DNA from: an uncultured virus (IMG/VR IMGVR_UViG_3300032069_000862)
Taxonomy: Duplodnaviria > Heunggongvirae > Uroviricota > Caudoviricetes
IMG/VR virus record: IMGVR_UViG_3300032069_000862
Reading direction: 5' to 3' (one strand)
Length of the DNA stretch: 64,000 bases
Made by a program: the position numbers and the translations under genes. This document shows, piece by piece, positions 1-10,930 of the stretch (the first letter of the stretch is position 1; each line of letters begins with the position of its first letter). The notes under the pieces were generated by a model that ran no database searches, was not told the DNA's origin, and saw only the letters and a list, made by a program, of their open reading frames with translations.

Positions 1-191
1 TTGATAAGAAAGATTAAAGGTCAGAAGAAAGAATCTCATAAACCAACTGATATAGAACCACATCGTTTACCAGAAAAAAAGACTTATCCGATACCTAAAT
101 CCAGAAATTTTAAATCCCGTCCCGCTTATGAAAAGCGTTTGTGGAAGTCAACTAAGAAAATGCCGAAAAAATTTAAAGACGAGGATGAGGA

Positions 192-488
192 TTGATAAAA
201 ATGGGTTCATGGTATGATTATCTCAAGAAATTTCCGAAGCCAAAAAGCATAGTCATTAAGCCATTTGGTTCAAGACTGAAAATAATTCTTCATTATGGTA
301 ACGTTAAGAAAGATAAGGAAATCATAATAGATGAAATTCTTCTGGATTTGATTGGTGTCGGATTGGATGTCGAGAAAGGCGAACTTTGGGGCGATTGGGG
401 TGGAGCAATCAAAATCGGCGACATTATTTACATTCACAAACCAGAAAATCTAAGAAAACTTCCAAGAGTAAAGGTGAAGTTAGTATGA
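192..488 (+). CDS. small protein with C-terminal KVKVxL[IV]-type tag
   Basis: ends RVKVKLV*; stop overlaps next ATG (ATGA at 485-488). Confidence 0.75.
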   Translation: MIKMGSWYDYLKKFPKPKSIVIKPFGSRLKIILHYGNVKKDKEIIIDEILLDLIGVGLDVEKGELWGDWGGAIKIGDIIYIHKPENLRKLPRVKVKLV

Positions 489-859
489 CAAACTGGATTT
501 GGCAGAACTTAGGAACGATTTCACTTTTAGAATCTTGCACAGAAGATGGCGTTATAATTGTGGATATTAGAGATTTGAGTGATGGCGAAACTAATGTTAA
601 AAAAGTGATGAAGAAAATCGAAATCATAGGCAATCTGTTGGCTATTGGATGTAAAGTTGCAGTTCGTTGCGTCGGGGGCATTAATCGAAGTAATTGCATA
701 GCCATAGCAGTCATGAGTTATTTAATTCCGCATGGCGACCTAGAAGAAACTTGGGAATTTCATTGGAAGTTTACCAAAGAACGAGTTCCGAGAATGCAGA
801 TAGTTCCAGAATTAGAAAGAACTTGCAAGAAAGCTCTAAAGCCTATCAGAAATTGGTAA
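485..859 (+). CDS. dual-specificity/tyrosine phosphatase-like protein
   Basis: CX5R loop RCVGGINRS; likely start ATG 485 (coupled to upstream gene, GGTGA RBS) rather than 386. Confidence 0.75.
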   Translation: MTNWIWQNLGTISLLESCTEDGVIIVDIRDLSDGETNVKKVMKKIEIIGNLLAIGCKVAVRCVGGINRSNCIAIAVMSYLIPHGDLEETWEFHWKFTKERVPRMQIVPELERTCKKALKPIRNW

Positions 860-875
860 CCGTAAGGTTTATATA
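858..875 (+). promoter_or_regulatory. archaeal BRE-TATA promoter (AACCRYAA-nn-TTTAWATA family)
   Basis: AACCGTAAGGTTTATATA; similar elements near 1954, 24784, 25307, 36784, 42086, 43251, 44414, 44610, 52035, 57397, 62933 and (- strand) ~41465-41482. Confidence 0.75.
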
Positions 876-913
876 GTGGTCTGACGATTTTATTCTCAAT
901 AGGTGAAAGATGA

Positions 914-1279
914 ATGTATGAAGAAATAATTAAAGGCATACTTTACGGTGCGTTCTATGGTGGACAAGCCGCTTTGTTCGGTTATTTGAAGTCGGAAGAT
1001 TTGCCACTTAGCTGGAAAGTAGTTTTCACCAAAGACTTCTGGGCGGCATTTGACCCGATTAAGGCTCTAAAGACTGTGTTCTTAGGTATGGCAATGGGTG
1101 CATTGACGCAGGGACAAATCTATGGATTGATACCAACAGACCCAATAATAGGCAATTTTGCCAATGATGTCATAGTAATAGGTGTTGACCAGCTCATGAA
1201 ATTGATAGTCCGTAGGACACCACTCGTAAGAGTCTGGAATGCCTTAAAAGAAAAAGCGGGAAAAACTCCGCTACAATAG
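914..1279 (+). CDS. small membrane protein (holin-like candidate)
   Basis: hydrophobic segments, basic C-terminus, own promoter and GGTGA RBS. Confidence 0.45.
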   Translation: MYEEIIKGILYGAFYGGQAALFGYLKSEDLPLSWKVVFTKDFWAAFDPIKALKTVFLGMAMGALTQGQIYGLIPTDPIIGNFANDVIVIGVDQLMKLIVRRTPLVRVWNALKEKAGKTPLQ

Positions 1280-1289
1280 TGGCGTTTAA

Positions 1290-1925
1290 TTGCCACGAAT
1301 TCACGCTTTAATTCCCACTTTTAATTGTTCCGAGTCGATTATAGACTGTCTAAGAAGTTTAGACGGTAAGGTTGACGAAATTATAATTTTGGATGGAAGA
1401 TGGATTGGCGTAAGTGGTTACAGTCTTCATTCTACTGATGACACTATTGAAAAAATTATCGAGTGGGGCATTGATGCTAAGTCAAAGGTCAAATTAATGC
1501 TCGCCAAAGAACAAGTTCATCAGATAGATGCACGAAACCAACTCATTAATGCTGTGCCAGATGGTGATTTTTTCTTGTTTGTTGATTCCGACGAGATTAT
1601 TGTAAAATGGAATCCAAAAATAGATGAGAATCAAATCGGATACAGAATTCGCATGACCAGTGAGAAAATCTTTAAAGAGAAGCCCGACTTTGGTTTGCCT
1701 TTTCCAATTCCACGATTTATGAAAAAGATTAATGGAATTCGCTTTACAAGAAATCATAGATATATGGAAAATAATGACGGAGCAATCTTGATTGGGGATT
1801 TACCAATCATCGAAATTCTCATTGCGAATTTAACTATGTCCGCATCGAAAGCAATGCGAAATACAATGCAAGATTATGAAACATGGTTGCTTAAATGGGA
1901 GCAGGCAAACGAAAACCTTAAATAG
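1290..1925 (+). CDS. GT2-family glycosyltransferase
   Basis: LIPTFN start, IIILDG..STDDT, ARN, FVDSDE (DxD). Confidence 0.85.
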   Translation: MPRIHALIPTFNCSESIIDCLRSLDGKVDEIIILDGRWIGVSGYSLHSTDDTIEKIIEWGIDAKSKVKLMLAKEQVHQIDARNQLINAVPDGDFFLFVDSDEIIVKWNPKIDENQIGYRIRMTSEKIFKEKPDFGLPFPIPRFMKKINGIRFTRNHRYMENNDGAILIGDLPIIEILIANLTMSASKAMRNTMQDYETWLLKWEQANENLK

Positions 1926-1993
1926 TTCAGCGTATAACTAAACGAATGGCGAGAACCATAAACTTTATATATTAGTTTTTACTTTATATAATT

Positions 1994-2131
1994 TTGCCAG
2001 TTCGATGAACTACCGATTTGAACCACATTCAAGTCGGAAAGGCTACTACCTCAAAAAGTGGTGGTCTTTGAGCAAGACCAGAGGTATGTAAACGACCCTT
2101 ATTGCTCTTGGGCACGTCATCGGATTGGCAA
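1994..2131 (+). ncRNA. putative structured non-coding RNA
   Basis: 15-bp closing stem TTGCCAGTTCGATGA/TCATCGGATTGGCAA, internal hairpins, promoter ~25 nt upstream, T-run downstream, no ORF. Confidence 0.55.
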
Positions 2132-2214
2132 TCCTATTTTATAGTTCATGTTTATTCGAGAATTAGAGAAAAGTTTAAATAGAACGATGTCTTAAATTCT
2201 AATAGTGAAACAAA

Positions 2215-2556
2215 GTGACCGATGATAAAATCTGTCCAATTTGCCAATTAAATTCTAAACCAGAGTGGGCTGCATGTTGCGAATGGTGTTGGAATTTCAT
2301 TGGCTGGATTGACGAATTTTATAAAACTGATTATCGAAAACGATTAACTGAAGGAAAACCAGTCGTAATTTGGGAACGGCTTGAAATCAAGAACATTGAG
2401 TGTTACTTTCCATTGTCAAAGGAAGACTGCACCAAAAGAGCAAGGAAGATTGTCAGGGATATATGTGATAAATGCAATAAAGAAATTGAAGACGGATGTG
2501 AACAATGTGTGTGGCACAGTTTAATGCAATCAATCATAGGTGAGGAAATTTGGTAG
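2215..2556 (+). CDS. Cys-rich hypothetical protein
   Basis: several CxxC pairs. Confidence 0.6.
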   Translation: MTDDKICPICQLNSKPEWAACCEWCWNFIGWIDEFYKTDYRKRLTEGKPVVIWERLEIKNIECYFPLSKEDCTKRARKIVRDICDKCNKEIEDGCEQCVWHSLMQSIIGEEIW

Positions 2557-2777
2557 AATGTCCAAAATGCGGAAGCAAAAATATTAATGAGATAATTAGT
2601 AAAGGCGATTATACAAATGAGGGCATGAATCAAGGAATTAAAGAGTTTGACCTTTATCCAATACGACCATGCGTGGAATTTGAATGTGACGATTGCAAGT
2701 TCAGATGGGAAAATCCCATCTATATCGAATATTTGCTTAAAAGAAATATTAAGGAAGCGAAAATAAATGACAGATGA
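2550..2777 (+). CDS. Zn-ribbon protein
   Basis: CPKCGSKNI...CDDC. Confidence 0.65.
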   Translation: MVECPKCGSKNINEIISKGDYTNEGMNQGIKEFDLYPIRPCVEFECDDCKFRWENPIYIEYLLKRNIKEAKINDR

Positions 2778-3069
2778 AGATATAACTTTCAATAAAAAGC
2801 GGGACGAAATAAACGTAAACGAACCTATAATATGCCCAAACTGCGGTAGTAAAAACATAATTCAGACTCCAATAGGCAAATTCACGTTTAAATGTTTAGA
2901 TTGTGGCTTCAATTGGGATGAAGAACGAATTCATGAAGTTCCAGATGAACAAGAATTTGGAAGCGATGAAGATATAGGCGAATATGATTATGATTATGAA
3001 GATTATGGTTATGAAGACGACGAAGAGGATTTAATGGACGAGGACTGGCTCGACCTAGAGGATGAATAA
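2767..3069 (+). CDS. TFB-like Zn-ribbon protein with acidic tail
   Basis: CPNCGSKNII...CLDCG followed by ~45 aa D/E-rich tail. Confidence 0.65.
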   Translation: MTDEDITFNKKRDEINVNEPIICPNCGSKNIIQTPIGKFTFKCLDCGFNWDEERIHEVPDEQEFGSDEDIGEYDYDYEDYGYEDDEEDLMDEDWLDLEDE

Positions 3070-3247
3070 ATGACCATCAGTCTTTGGAGAATGAGATTCG
3101 GTCTTTGTCCATGTGGATTCTTCTGTAAAGATTGTCTTATTGATGAAATCCACGACAGTGGAGTATTAAAAGGAATATTTTGGCATATTATGTTTCATAC
3201 TCCATTAGGAATTTTAACAATATGGAGATTTGCTAATCACTTAACCT

Positions 3248-3655
3248 ATGTTGTGGATGAACATTTTTTCGATGAGGAATTTGATGCTGACTGAGAGTTA
3301 TGGCGGAATTTGCCCCGTATGTAACTATAAGCGTATGATGTTAAGATATGGCAGTAGTGGATGGTTAGAATATGATGCCTGCCCCAGATGTGGATTCGCC
3401 TTTGCCTCAGATGGACAAGACCCGCCGTTAATTGGTAAAGATTTCTGGAAAGAATTTTTTAAGGCTGAAGGTAAAGCCATGAAAAAAATGGGATTCCCAT
3501 TGACAATGAAGGGCGTTTATGCTTGGATGGAAAGTCTTCCAGAGCCAAAGAATGAACCAATCTCAGTTTTTGATTGGACAGATGGATTTCTCGAAGAAAT
3601 AAAAGAACAAATTAAAAAACAAGGAAAACAAAAAGTCAAAGTGATACTAATATGA
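3248..3655 (+). CDS. Zn-ribbon protein with KVKV tag
   Basis: CPVC/CPRC; ends KVKVILI*; start may be ATG 3284. Confidence 0.7.
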   Translation: MLWMNIFSMRNLMLTESYGGICPVCNYKRMMLRYGSSGWLEYDACPRCGFAFASDGQDPPLIGKDFWKEFFKAEGKAMKKMGFPLTMKGVYAWMESLPEPKNEPISVFDWTDGFLEEIKEQIKKQGKQKVKVILI

Positions 3656-3984
3656 AAACAATAGTTTATAGTGCAAGTGAGATGTATTATTACGTTAAAG
3701 AATTTGCTTGTCCGTGGTGTAATTGGATAAGCACTATGAAATTCAAAACAAAAAAAGAAGCTAATGTTGGATGGGTAAGTAATATGATGGCGTATGGAAA
3801 GTCTGTTAAATATGTTTCTTATTATCGTTCTGTTCTTCCATTCACATTTTGGAAAATTAAAACTGGCAAATCAGTTCAGGTTGAGGATGATGACGAACTC
3901 GTAAGAGATTATGTTCCATGCAGTAAACATAGACCACGATTCTTAAACAGGAAAGACCAAAAGATTAAGGTAATTCTTGTATGA
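3652..3984 (+). CDS. small protein with KVKV tag
   Basis: CPWC; ends KIKVILV*. Confidence 0.7.
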   Translation: MKTIVYSASEMYYYVKEFACPWCNWISTMKFKTKKEANVGWVSNMMAYGKSVKYVSYYRSVLPFTFWKIKTGKSVQVEDDDELVRDYVPCSKHRPRFLNRKDQKIKVILV

Positions 3985-4177
3985 AAAATCCTAAAAAAAT
4001 AAAAGAGAAAGCAATTCGGAAAAGAAAGAAAACTAGACGATGCGTTTCAAAATACAAGGGACGTGGAAAATTTAAACCGAGAGAACCATAACTCTCCCAG
4101 CCTCTTTGATTCTTTTTATAATTTTTGCCATAAGTTTTAAATAGTCTAATCACTTCTAATTTGAATAGTGCTCAAAA

Positions 4178-4627
4178 ATGCGAAATATATTTCAAATTAC
4201 TTGGAAATATTCAAAGTGGATAAGTTCATTTTATTATGTTGGTTTAAAGGATTTATATTTACGAATTTTAACGTGGCTTAAAAAAGAAAATCCGATAGGG
4301 CGGTATGTAGAGATAGTAAACAAAATTGAGCGGGAAATGTATTGTTCAGGAACATCGGCTGGTGGAATGTGTTATAGAGTATTGATTAAGATTTTTTTAT
4401 TTAAAGAATTTTTTGATAGCGATGATGCCATTGAGGAAGTTACTTGCACAATTTTAGAACACGAACTCTTGCATATGACGCTACGCAATCGAATTAACTC
4501 GCAAACAAGCAAAAAATTGGATAATGTTCACATGCCCCTTTTTGCGAATGGACGATGGACAATAGATTGGAAAATGTCCCAGCATCCCACCCCCCCCACA
4601 CCAGCACTTAAAAAATTAATCAACTGA
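4178..4627 (+). CDS. small HExxH (zincin-like) protein
   Basis: LEHELLH; resembles 17465 and 40975 ORFs. Confidence 0.55.
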   Translation: MRNIFQITWKYSKWISSFYYVGLKDLYLRILTWLKKENPIGRYVEIVNKIEREMYCSGTSAGGMCYRVLIKIFLFKEFFDSDDAIEEVTCTILEHELLHMTLRNRINSQTSKKLDNVHMPLFANGRWTIDWKMSQHPTPPTPALKKLIN

Positions 4628-4698
4628 TTAATCCCACAAAATGAAAAGGTTTATATCTCACCTTCTCTATATAATATATCACTCAAAGTGATAAGAAT

Positions 4699-4986
4699 AT
4701 GTCTAATGCGGTTAATTATTGGGGGATTAGTTCTGGTTACTATAAGGAAGTAATTTTTAAAGATAGAACAAGTGGAATAACCATAATGTGCAATGGTTCA
4801 ATACATAATTGCAACGTTTGTATTCATAGGTCATATTGTGACAAAAAAACGGCGAAAACCTTAATGAAGAACGCTCATCTTCATAATAATATGGACATGG
4901 ATAGGATGCGGATTTACATTCCTTATAATTGTCCAATTTATGGTAATCTTAGAGGAAAAGGAAAAGTTAAAGTTCCATTGTATTAA
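4699..4986 (+). CDS. Cys-rich protein with variant tag
   Basis: ends KVKVPLY*. Confidence 0.65.
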   Translation: MSNAVNYWGISSGYYKEVIFKDRTSGITIMCNGSIHNCNVCIHRSYCDKKTAKTLMKNAHLHNNMDMDRMRIYIPYNCPIYGNLRGKGKVKVPLY

Positions 4987-5357
4987 TTCATTATCGAAAA
5001 TCGGCGAATAAAATTATTTGACATTAAAAGAATATATTAATAAACTATCCATGCTTTTCCATACCACATTAACTTTTTTAATAACGTCAAATAAAATTGT
5101 TCGTCAGTTATTCGAGTTTCACAAAGAGTCCATGATTTTACCGAACGGTGAAACGAAGAAGATTATTTTTGACTATGAAAAATTAAATTAGAAAAATTAA
5201 TCAATTGATTAATCTTTTTTGATGTTGCCCGCAGGTTACGTCGTGCATCCGTCGTTCGCTATTAGCGACTTTCCAATCCAGAAACGAACGTTTAATCAAT
5301 TGATTAAGCCAAAAGTTTATAAGGCACGTAAGCTCTTAATATTTTAGGGAAAATGAA

Positions 5358-6056
5358 ATGCCAGAATCAGCAAAACAAAAATTAGAAAATTACTTTGAAC
5401 CAATGCTTTGCCTAGATGCGAAAGAATCTGATTTAGATAATCCTCTTTACATTGGAACAATGAAAATGGATGGAACGATGATTGTCATTGAGAATTTAGA
5501 AGATGGATTTAAGTTTTATTCGAGGCGAGGCTTAACATATAATTCGACCATTCCCGAAATTACTGAAGCCTTCGGGAAAATTCAGCAAAGTTTCCGAGTT
5601 ATTGGCGAATTGGTTTACATTGATTCTGAAGGTCATCAAGTCTTTAGAGGCAGTCAAATTAGATGTCAAATAGGCAATAAAGAAAAAGTTGAGGAATATC
5701 GAAAACTTTATCCCGTAGGAGTTTTCCTATTCGACATAACCAATTTAAACGGAATAGACCTAACCAAATTGCCATTCATTAAAAGATGGAATATTCTTAT
5801 GGCATTCCATAAACTCTATTCGGAATTATTAGGATGGAATAATGTTGTTCGACTTGTGCCTATCAGCATGGAAAAACGCAAGATGTATGAATACGCAAAA
5901 TCCATTGGATTAGAAGGTTTAGTTTTACGGAAGTTAGATGGAATCTATGAAGTTGGCAAAAGAAGTCCAAATATGATAAAACTAAAATGCAGAGAGCATA
6001 GTATCTTCACGCTAAAAGACGGAGAATGGAAATCAAAAGAATGCAAAGGTTTATAA
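5358..6056 (+). CDS. ATP-dependent DNA ligase, adenylation domain only
   Basis: motif I KMDG, SRRG, GELV, LFDI, EGLVLR, IKLK; ends with no OB domain. Confidence 0.85.
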   Translation: MPESAKQKLENYFEPMLCLDAKESDLDNPLYIGTMKMDGTMIVIENLEDGFKFYSRRGLTYNSTIPEITEAFGKIQQSFRVIGELVYIDSEGHQVFRGSQIRCQIGNKEKVEEYRKLYPVGVFLFDITNLNGIDLTKLPFIKRWNILMAFHKLYSELLGWNNVVRLVPISMEKRKMYEYAKSIGLEGLVLRKLDGIYEVGKRSPNMIKLKCREHSIFTLKDGEWKSKECKGL

Positions 6057-6092
6057 GAGACGAAGATATTAATAATTGTAAAGGTGTGAACC

Positions 6093-7076
6093 GTGAGCGA
6101 AGAAAAAAAGGAAGTTAATGTGCAAGACCAAGCCAAAATATTGGCTCTGGCTGTTCAACAAGTCTTAGAAAATGCTAAACAATCAGAATGGGCAAACGTC
6201 AATCAACCATTTACACAAAAATTAGAACAACCAAAAAGTCAGAAAATCGTTAAACCGACTGTGGGCGAAGAGAATAAGAAAGAATTGTCGCCATTCAAAA
6301 CTTTTACTTTCCTCGATACGATGTTTCTCGATTCAACCGACAAGCCAATAGAAGGAATTCCTTTTGGTTCAAACAGCATTTTAACGGGACTGCCAAATTC
6401 GGGAAAAAGCCTTTTAATAGAGGAAATTGCTCTCCGAGTAGCCAATAGCGGAAAGAAAGTTTGCTTTGTGACAAGTGAAGAGGCATGGAAAACAGAAACG
6501 CCTCGATTCGATTTGGAATCAAGATTCCGAGAAAGAGCAAAGATTCTAGGATTAAATTGGGAGACAATAAGCAAAAACCTCTCAGTAATTGATACTGTGA
6601 CATTTGCAGAATTGCGAGAATGGAATGCCTTTGTTTCGACTTATAGAAACTTAGTTGAAAACGAAGGAATTGATTTGGTTCTTGTGGATTCAATGACACT
6701 TTTAGAAGATGTGCGAGGTCAAATCAAATATCGGGTTCTGGAATTAATGAGATATAATCAGATACATGGAATCACTAGCATACTTGTAAACCAAAGAGCA
6801 ATAGAAGAAAGTGATACGCTGGCAATGGCTGGCGGAATTTCGCTTTCGCATATTGTAGATACGGTTTTCGTTCTGGATTACAAAAAAATCTCTTCATGGG
6901 ATGGCACGCTTAAAATGGATATTCCTTCCGCAAAACAAGGGGCTATAATGAATTTCTTCCGAATCCTAAAATGCAGACTTTGTAGATTCAATGCTCATTA
7001 TTTAGGATATGAAATAACCAAAGACGGATTTGTAAAACCAATAAAACCAAATGCTGGGATAAAAAGTGACACCTGA
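6093..7076 (+). CDS. KaiC/RecA-superfamily ATPase
   Basis: Walker A GLPNSGKS, FVTSEE, Walker B LVLVDS, SHIVD, ILKCR. Confidence 0.85.
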   Translation: MSEEKKEVNVQDQAKILALAVQQVLENAKQSEWANVNQPFTQKLEQPKSQKIVKPTVGEENKKELSPFKTFTFLDTMFLDSTDKPIEGIPFGSNSILTGLPNSGKSLLIEEIALRVANSGKKVCFVTSEEAWKTETPRFDLESRFRERAKILGLNWETISKNLSVIDTVTFAELREWNAFVSTYRNLVENEGIDLVLVDSMTLLEDVRGQIKYRVLELMRYNQIHGITSILVNQRAIEESDTLAMAGGISLSHIVDTVFVLDYKKISSWDGTLKMDIPSAKQGAIMNFFRILKCRLCRFNAHYLGYEITKDGFVKPIKPNAGIKSDT

Positions 7077-8401
7077 ACAAATATTGGCTTTAATTCCAAT
7101 GTGGATTTGGATAGGGATTGGGCTTGCTCTTATATTCGTTCCATTCAAAGACGAAGATGAGTGAGGGATAAAAATTGTCTGAATCTCAAAAGAAAATGGC
7201 TCAAAGATTAATTGACATTCTAAAGGAAATGGGTTATCTAACTGTTTCTTGTGAACCTAATGGACGTGTAGCAATCGCATCTATATCAGCTAGAGATGCT
7301 CAATATTCTTTTAAAAAGGCTCAAGCAATGGCTGTAATAAAACTGAGACAAATATTCACAGAAGCCATAGCAATTTATCAAGCCGAAGAATTAGAAAGAG
7401 AATTCGAGGCAATTAAAAAGATAAAGAAGAGGAATATTATAAATGAATACAGATGAGAGACGGGCTTTTAAAATATTGTGCGAAAAATTTCCAGACAATT
7501 TGGGTTTAACATATCATCTATTCATGGAATTTCTTAAATATCGAAAACAACAAAATTTGCCAGACTATCCAAAACCACAAGATTTAGCAAACGAATTCCT
7601 AGAATTCGAATCATTAAAAGAGAATCGAATCGAATGTCCGTATTGTGGATGCCACATTTTACCAAAATACTATTTAGACCACATTTGTATTTGTAGAAAA
7701 ATCAACGAGAGACAGACCAATAAAAAAAATAATTTGTGAGAATATTCCCCCCGCCCCTTTAGAATTTCGATTTTTTATTTTAGCTTGAAAATTTTGTGGC
7801 TGGGTTAAGGCTTATTGAAATTTGATTTTAAAATTGCTCTAGTTTCTAGTGCAAAATCAAATTTAAAATCTAAATCAAATTAATTTCTAAAACCATTAAT
7901 AAATTCTCAAATAAAATAATTTAAAAATTCTCCAAATTTTTTCTTGCCGTTTTTGGCTCTATGTAGCCGCTGGGATATAGTGTAACCTTTTATTTTTTTG
8001 TGGTTGCACTAATTGTTAGTTTGGTTTAATCAATTGATTAATCAGTTGGGTTTTTCTGAATGCTTATTTAATCAATTGATTAATCTTTTAGACTTTACTA
8101 ATGGAAAAGGGCTCGTTCGAAAATGCACTACATGATTTTGAGTTGAAACCCCAAAAGTCTCTCATATTAGGCTGGTTTGAATGAATTGGGCATTTTTCGG
8201 GAATCTTCGATTTTTCGGTCATGAGGATTTGATGGCGGTGGGTTACAGGTTGTAAATAAACTAGAGATTTAGGCTTGTTTTCGGGAATTCGGCATTTTTC
8301 GAGGCAATTCCGACTTTGAAGTAGCGAGGTAGGCGAAATTAAAAAGATTAATCAATTGATTAAGTGAAACCTTTATTAGTTAGCAGAACCATATATCAAT
8401 C

Positions 8402-8596
8402 ATGTCACATAAAAAGTTCTCAACAAACAAAAAGGGAAAATGCACACATGACACAGTTATTGTGAAATGCAATAGAAAAAATTATGCTGAAACTGAATGT
8501 TTAATTTGTGGAAAAAAATTTAGGCTTGAAAAGAGTGAATTTTGGGTATTTTGGGAGAGAAAAAAGAAAAATCCAATTAAGGTGATTTTAATTTGA
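8402..8596 (+). CDS. small Zn-binding protein with KVKV tag
   Basis: CLICG; ends PIKVILI*; probably leaderless. Confidence 0.7.
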   Translation: MSHKKFSTNKKGKCTHDTVIVKCNRKNYAETECLICGKKFRLEKSEFWVFWERKKKNPIKVILI

Positions 8597-8841
8597 AATG
8601 TCCAATTTGTAAAAATGAAATGGAAATTATTAATGGGGACTTTTTTGTTAAAGCGGGATTACCAAAAGGAAATTATAATTTTTATTATGAATGTAAAAAT
8701 TGTGAAGGTAAGGATTTTGGAAGATATGGATATTGTCGAATTTTGACTAAAAGTGGAAAATGGTATTATTTTAGTAATGGAGAATGGTATTTTTTAAAAG
8801 ACATTGAAATTAAAGTTAAGGTTAAGGTTCTTTTAGTTTAG
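8593..8841 (+). CDS. Zn-ribbon protein with KVKV tag
   Basis: CPIC/CKNC; ends KVKVKVLLV*. Confidence 0.7.
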   Translation: MKCPICKNEMEIINGDFFVKAGLPKGNYNFYYECKNCEGKDFGRYGYCRILTKSGKWYYFSNGEWYFLKDIEIKVKVKVLLV

Positions 8842-9168
8842 GAATCTTTATAAGTCGGTTCGACTATATTGTTAATTAAGGAATTAAAATGGCAGAATGT
8901 GAAGATTGCGAAACCCAAAAACATGGAAAACCATTAACTCGTGAGGAAATGTTAAAAGCCATTGAAACCTATAATCGTGATGCACACGAAAAGACTAAGG
9001 GATATGTGAGATAATCAACCATAAGGAATTTAAGTGATATGTTTGAAAATCTCTATAATGAGGCTTGCGTGGACGCTATTAGAATGCTAGTGACTATTTG
9101 TATGATTCTTTTGTGGATTATGGTAGGCGACATTGTCTGGCATTTACTTAAACATTGAGGGAAAATAA

Positions 9169-9351
9169 ATGCATGTGGATTTAGACGAAATCATTTTTGC
9201 TGTGATTTTCCTAATTTTCAATGCTTTTATGCTATCAATGGTCGAAGGATTAATGGCGAAACTGTTCTTTTTAATGTGGACTATTGGAGTGTTTTGCTGT
9301 GCAATTTACATCGTAATAAAAAGAGACAAAAAAGAAACAGACGAACCTTAA
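9169..9351 (+). CDS. small two-TM membrane protein
   Basis: two hydrophobic stretches. Confidence 0.55.
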   Translation: MHVDLDEIIFAVIFLIFNAFMLSMVEGLMAKLFFLMWTIGVFCCAIYIVIKRDKKETDEP

Positions 9352-10030
9352 AATCCTTTAACCTTAAAATCCTTTTTTATTTTAATTTTCCACTTTTTCT
9401 CAGAAACTTAGCAATTTTTTTGGTGTTTAATCGATTAATATATTAATACTGATTTTTGAGGTTTCAGTCAAATTAAGAGTTCAGAGCATGACAGCACGTG
9501 CTGTGCCGTGCTTCCGAGATTTGAAATTAACCTTAAATTAGGCTTGTTTTGGCAAAAGAGACGTAATAAAGTCCTAAAGACAACCTTGGGCAAAAAAACT
9601 AGAAAGATTAATCAATTGATTAATTAATTCGTGAAGGTTTCAAAGGGACAACCTTGGTGTTTACGGGGTTTTATGGAGAAATGTTTATAAGCGAGATTAA
9701 CCATAGCTATATTCAAAGTGAAAAAGTGTGAACAAACCAAGTAATGCGGAAAAAGAATTCGATTATTCTAAACCACACGTTTGCCTTCATTGTGGAGTTT
9801 TTTTCTTAGGTGAAGGTTTGCTGTGTAAAACTTGTCGAAAAGACAAAGGCAAACTAAAGCATAGAGGTTATCGTATTGGAAATCGTGTGTTGTATAGAAT
9901 TGCTCATGGTCAATACGCAGTTTTTATGAGTGGTGAAAATGACATGCGAAATTTGGGAATTGGCATGGTCATATCTGCATTAGCAGTATTAATCTTTATC
10001 GGAGTGACTTGTTTATTAGGGTGATTTTGA

Positions 10031-10930
10031 ATGAGTGAACCAGAAAAAACTCTAGCTCAAAAAATTATTGAGAATGCTCAAATTAAAGAGCCAGAACAGA
10101 AGATGCCTAATGTTTTAGAGAAAGATTCGGAAATTTCGCAAATCACACTTGAGGAAATAATCCAAAAAGTTTTAGATAGTGGTCAAATCATAATCACGGG
10201 CGTTAAACAAACGGGAAAAACAAATACTGCGATGTGGTTAATGAGAACGCTAATGGAATCCACACCACATAAAAACTTAGAAATGCGAACCGTTATTTTC
10301 GACACAGTTTTAAATTGGAGAAATCGATACGATTCAATTCAATATCTCAATGTAGAAGATTTTAGAATCTTACCAACTGTATTAGATTTGATAGTTGATA
10401 TAGGCTATTCTGATTCGAATGAAACTCGGAATGCAATAGGTCAAATTGTAATGAATGATTTTGCTAGAAAAAGAGCCATGAAAGAGAAGTTTTACGGAAA
10501 AGTGCCTTATTATGACGTTTATTTAATAGAAGAGGCTCAAAATTGTCTCGGACAGTTTGCTTTAAATGGTGAAGTCGGGCGTTTTTGGTTAAAGATAATT
10601 TCAGAATGTGCAAACTATAAAATGATATTTCTGTTCATAACTCAGAGGCTCGCAGATGTTTCAACTAAAGTAATTGAAAGAACAAGATACTTTTTACTTG
10701 GCAGCACAAGCGGAGATAATGATTTGGCTAAGATTCGCAGAATGGGGGGGCGAAAACTCGCAGATTATGTTTCTGGTTTAAAGAAAGGTCAATTCATATT
10801 ATTTGATAAAGATTCTAAAAAGCAATATCGAATTACGTTCGATTTGTTTATTCAAAATGGTAAGCCTTACCCTTTTACCAGCCAGAATGGTAAATCCAAA
10901 AGGGGCTATAACGTAGAACAACTGTTTTAA
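10031..10930 (+). CDS. HerA/FtsK-like P-loop ATPase
   Basis: Walker A GVKQTGKT, Walker B YLIEEAQ, FITQR. Confidence 0.75.
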   Translation: MSEPEKTLAQKIIENAQIKEPEQKMPNVLEKDSEISQITLEEIIQKVLDSGQIIITGVKQTGKTNTAMWLMRTLMESTPHKNLEMRTVIFDTVLNWRNRYDSIQYLNVEDFRILPTVLDLIVDIGYSDSNETRNAIGQIVMNDFARKRAMKEKFYGKVPYYDVYLIEEAQNCLGQFALNGEVGRFWLKIISECANYKMIFLFITQRLADVSTKVIERTRYFLLGSTSGDNDLAKIRRMGGRKLADYVSGLKKGQFILFDKDSKKQYRITFDLFIQNGKPYPFTSQNGKSKRGYNVEQLF

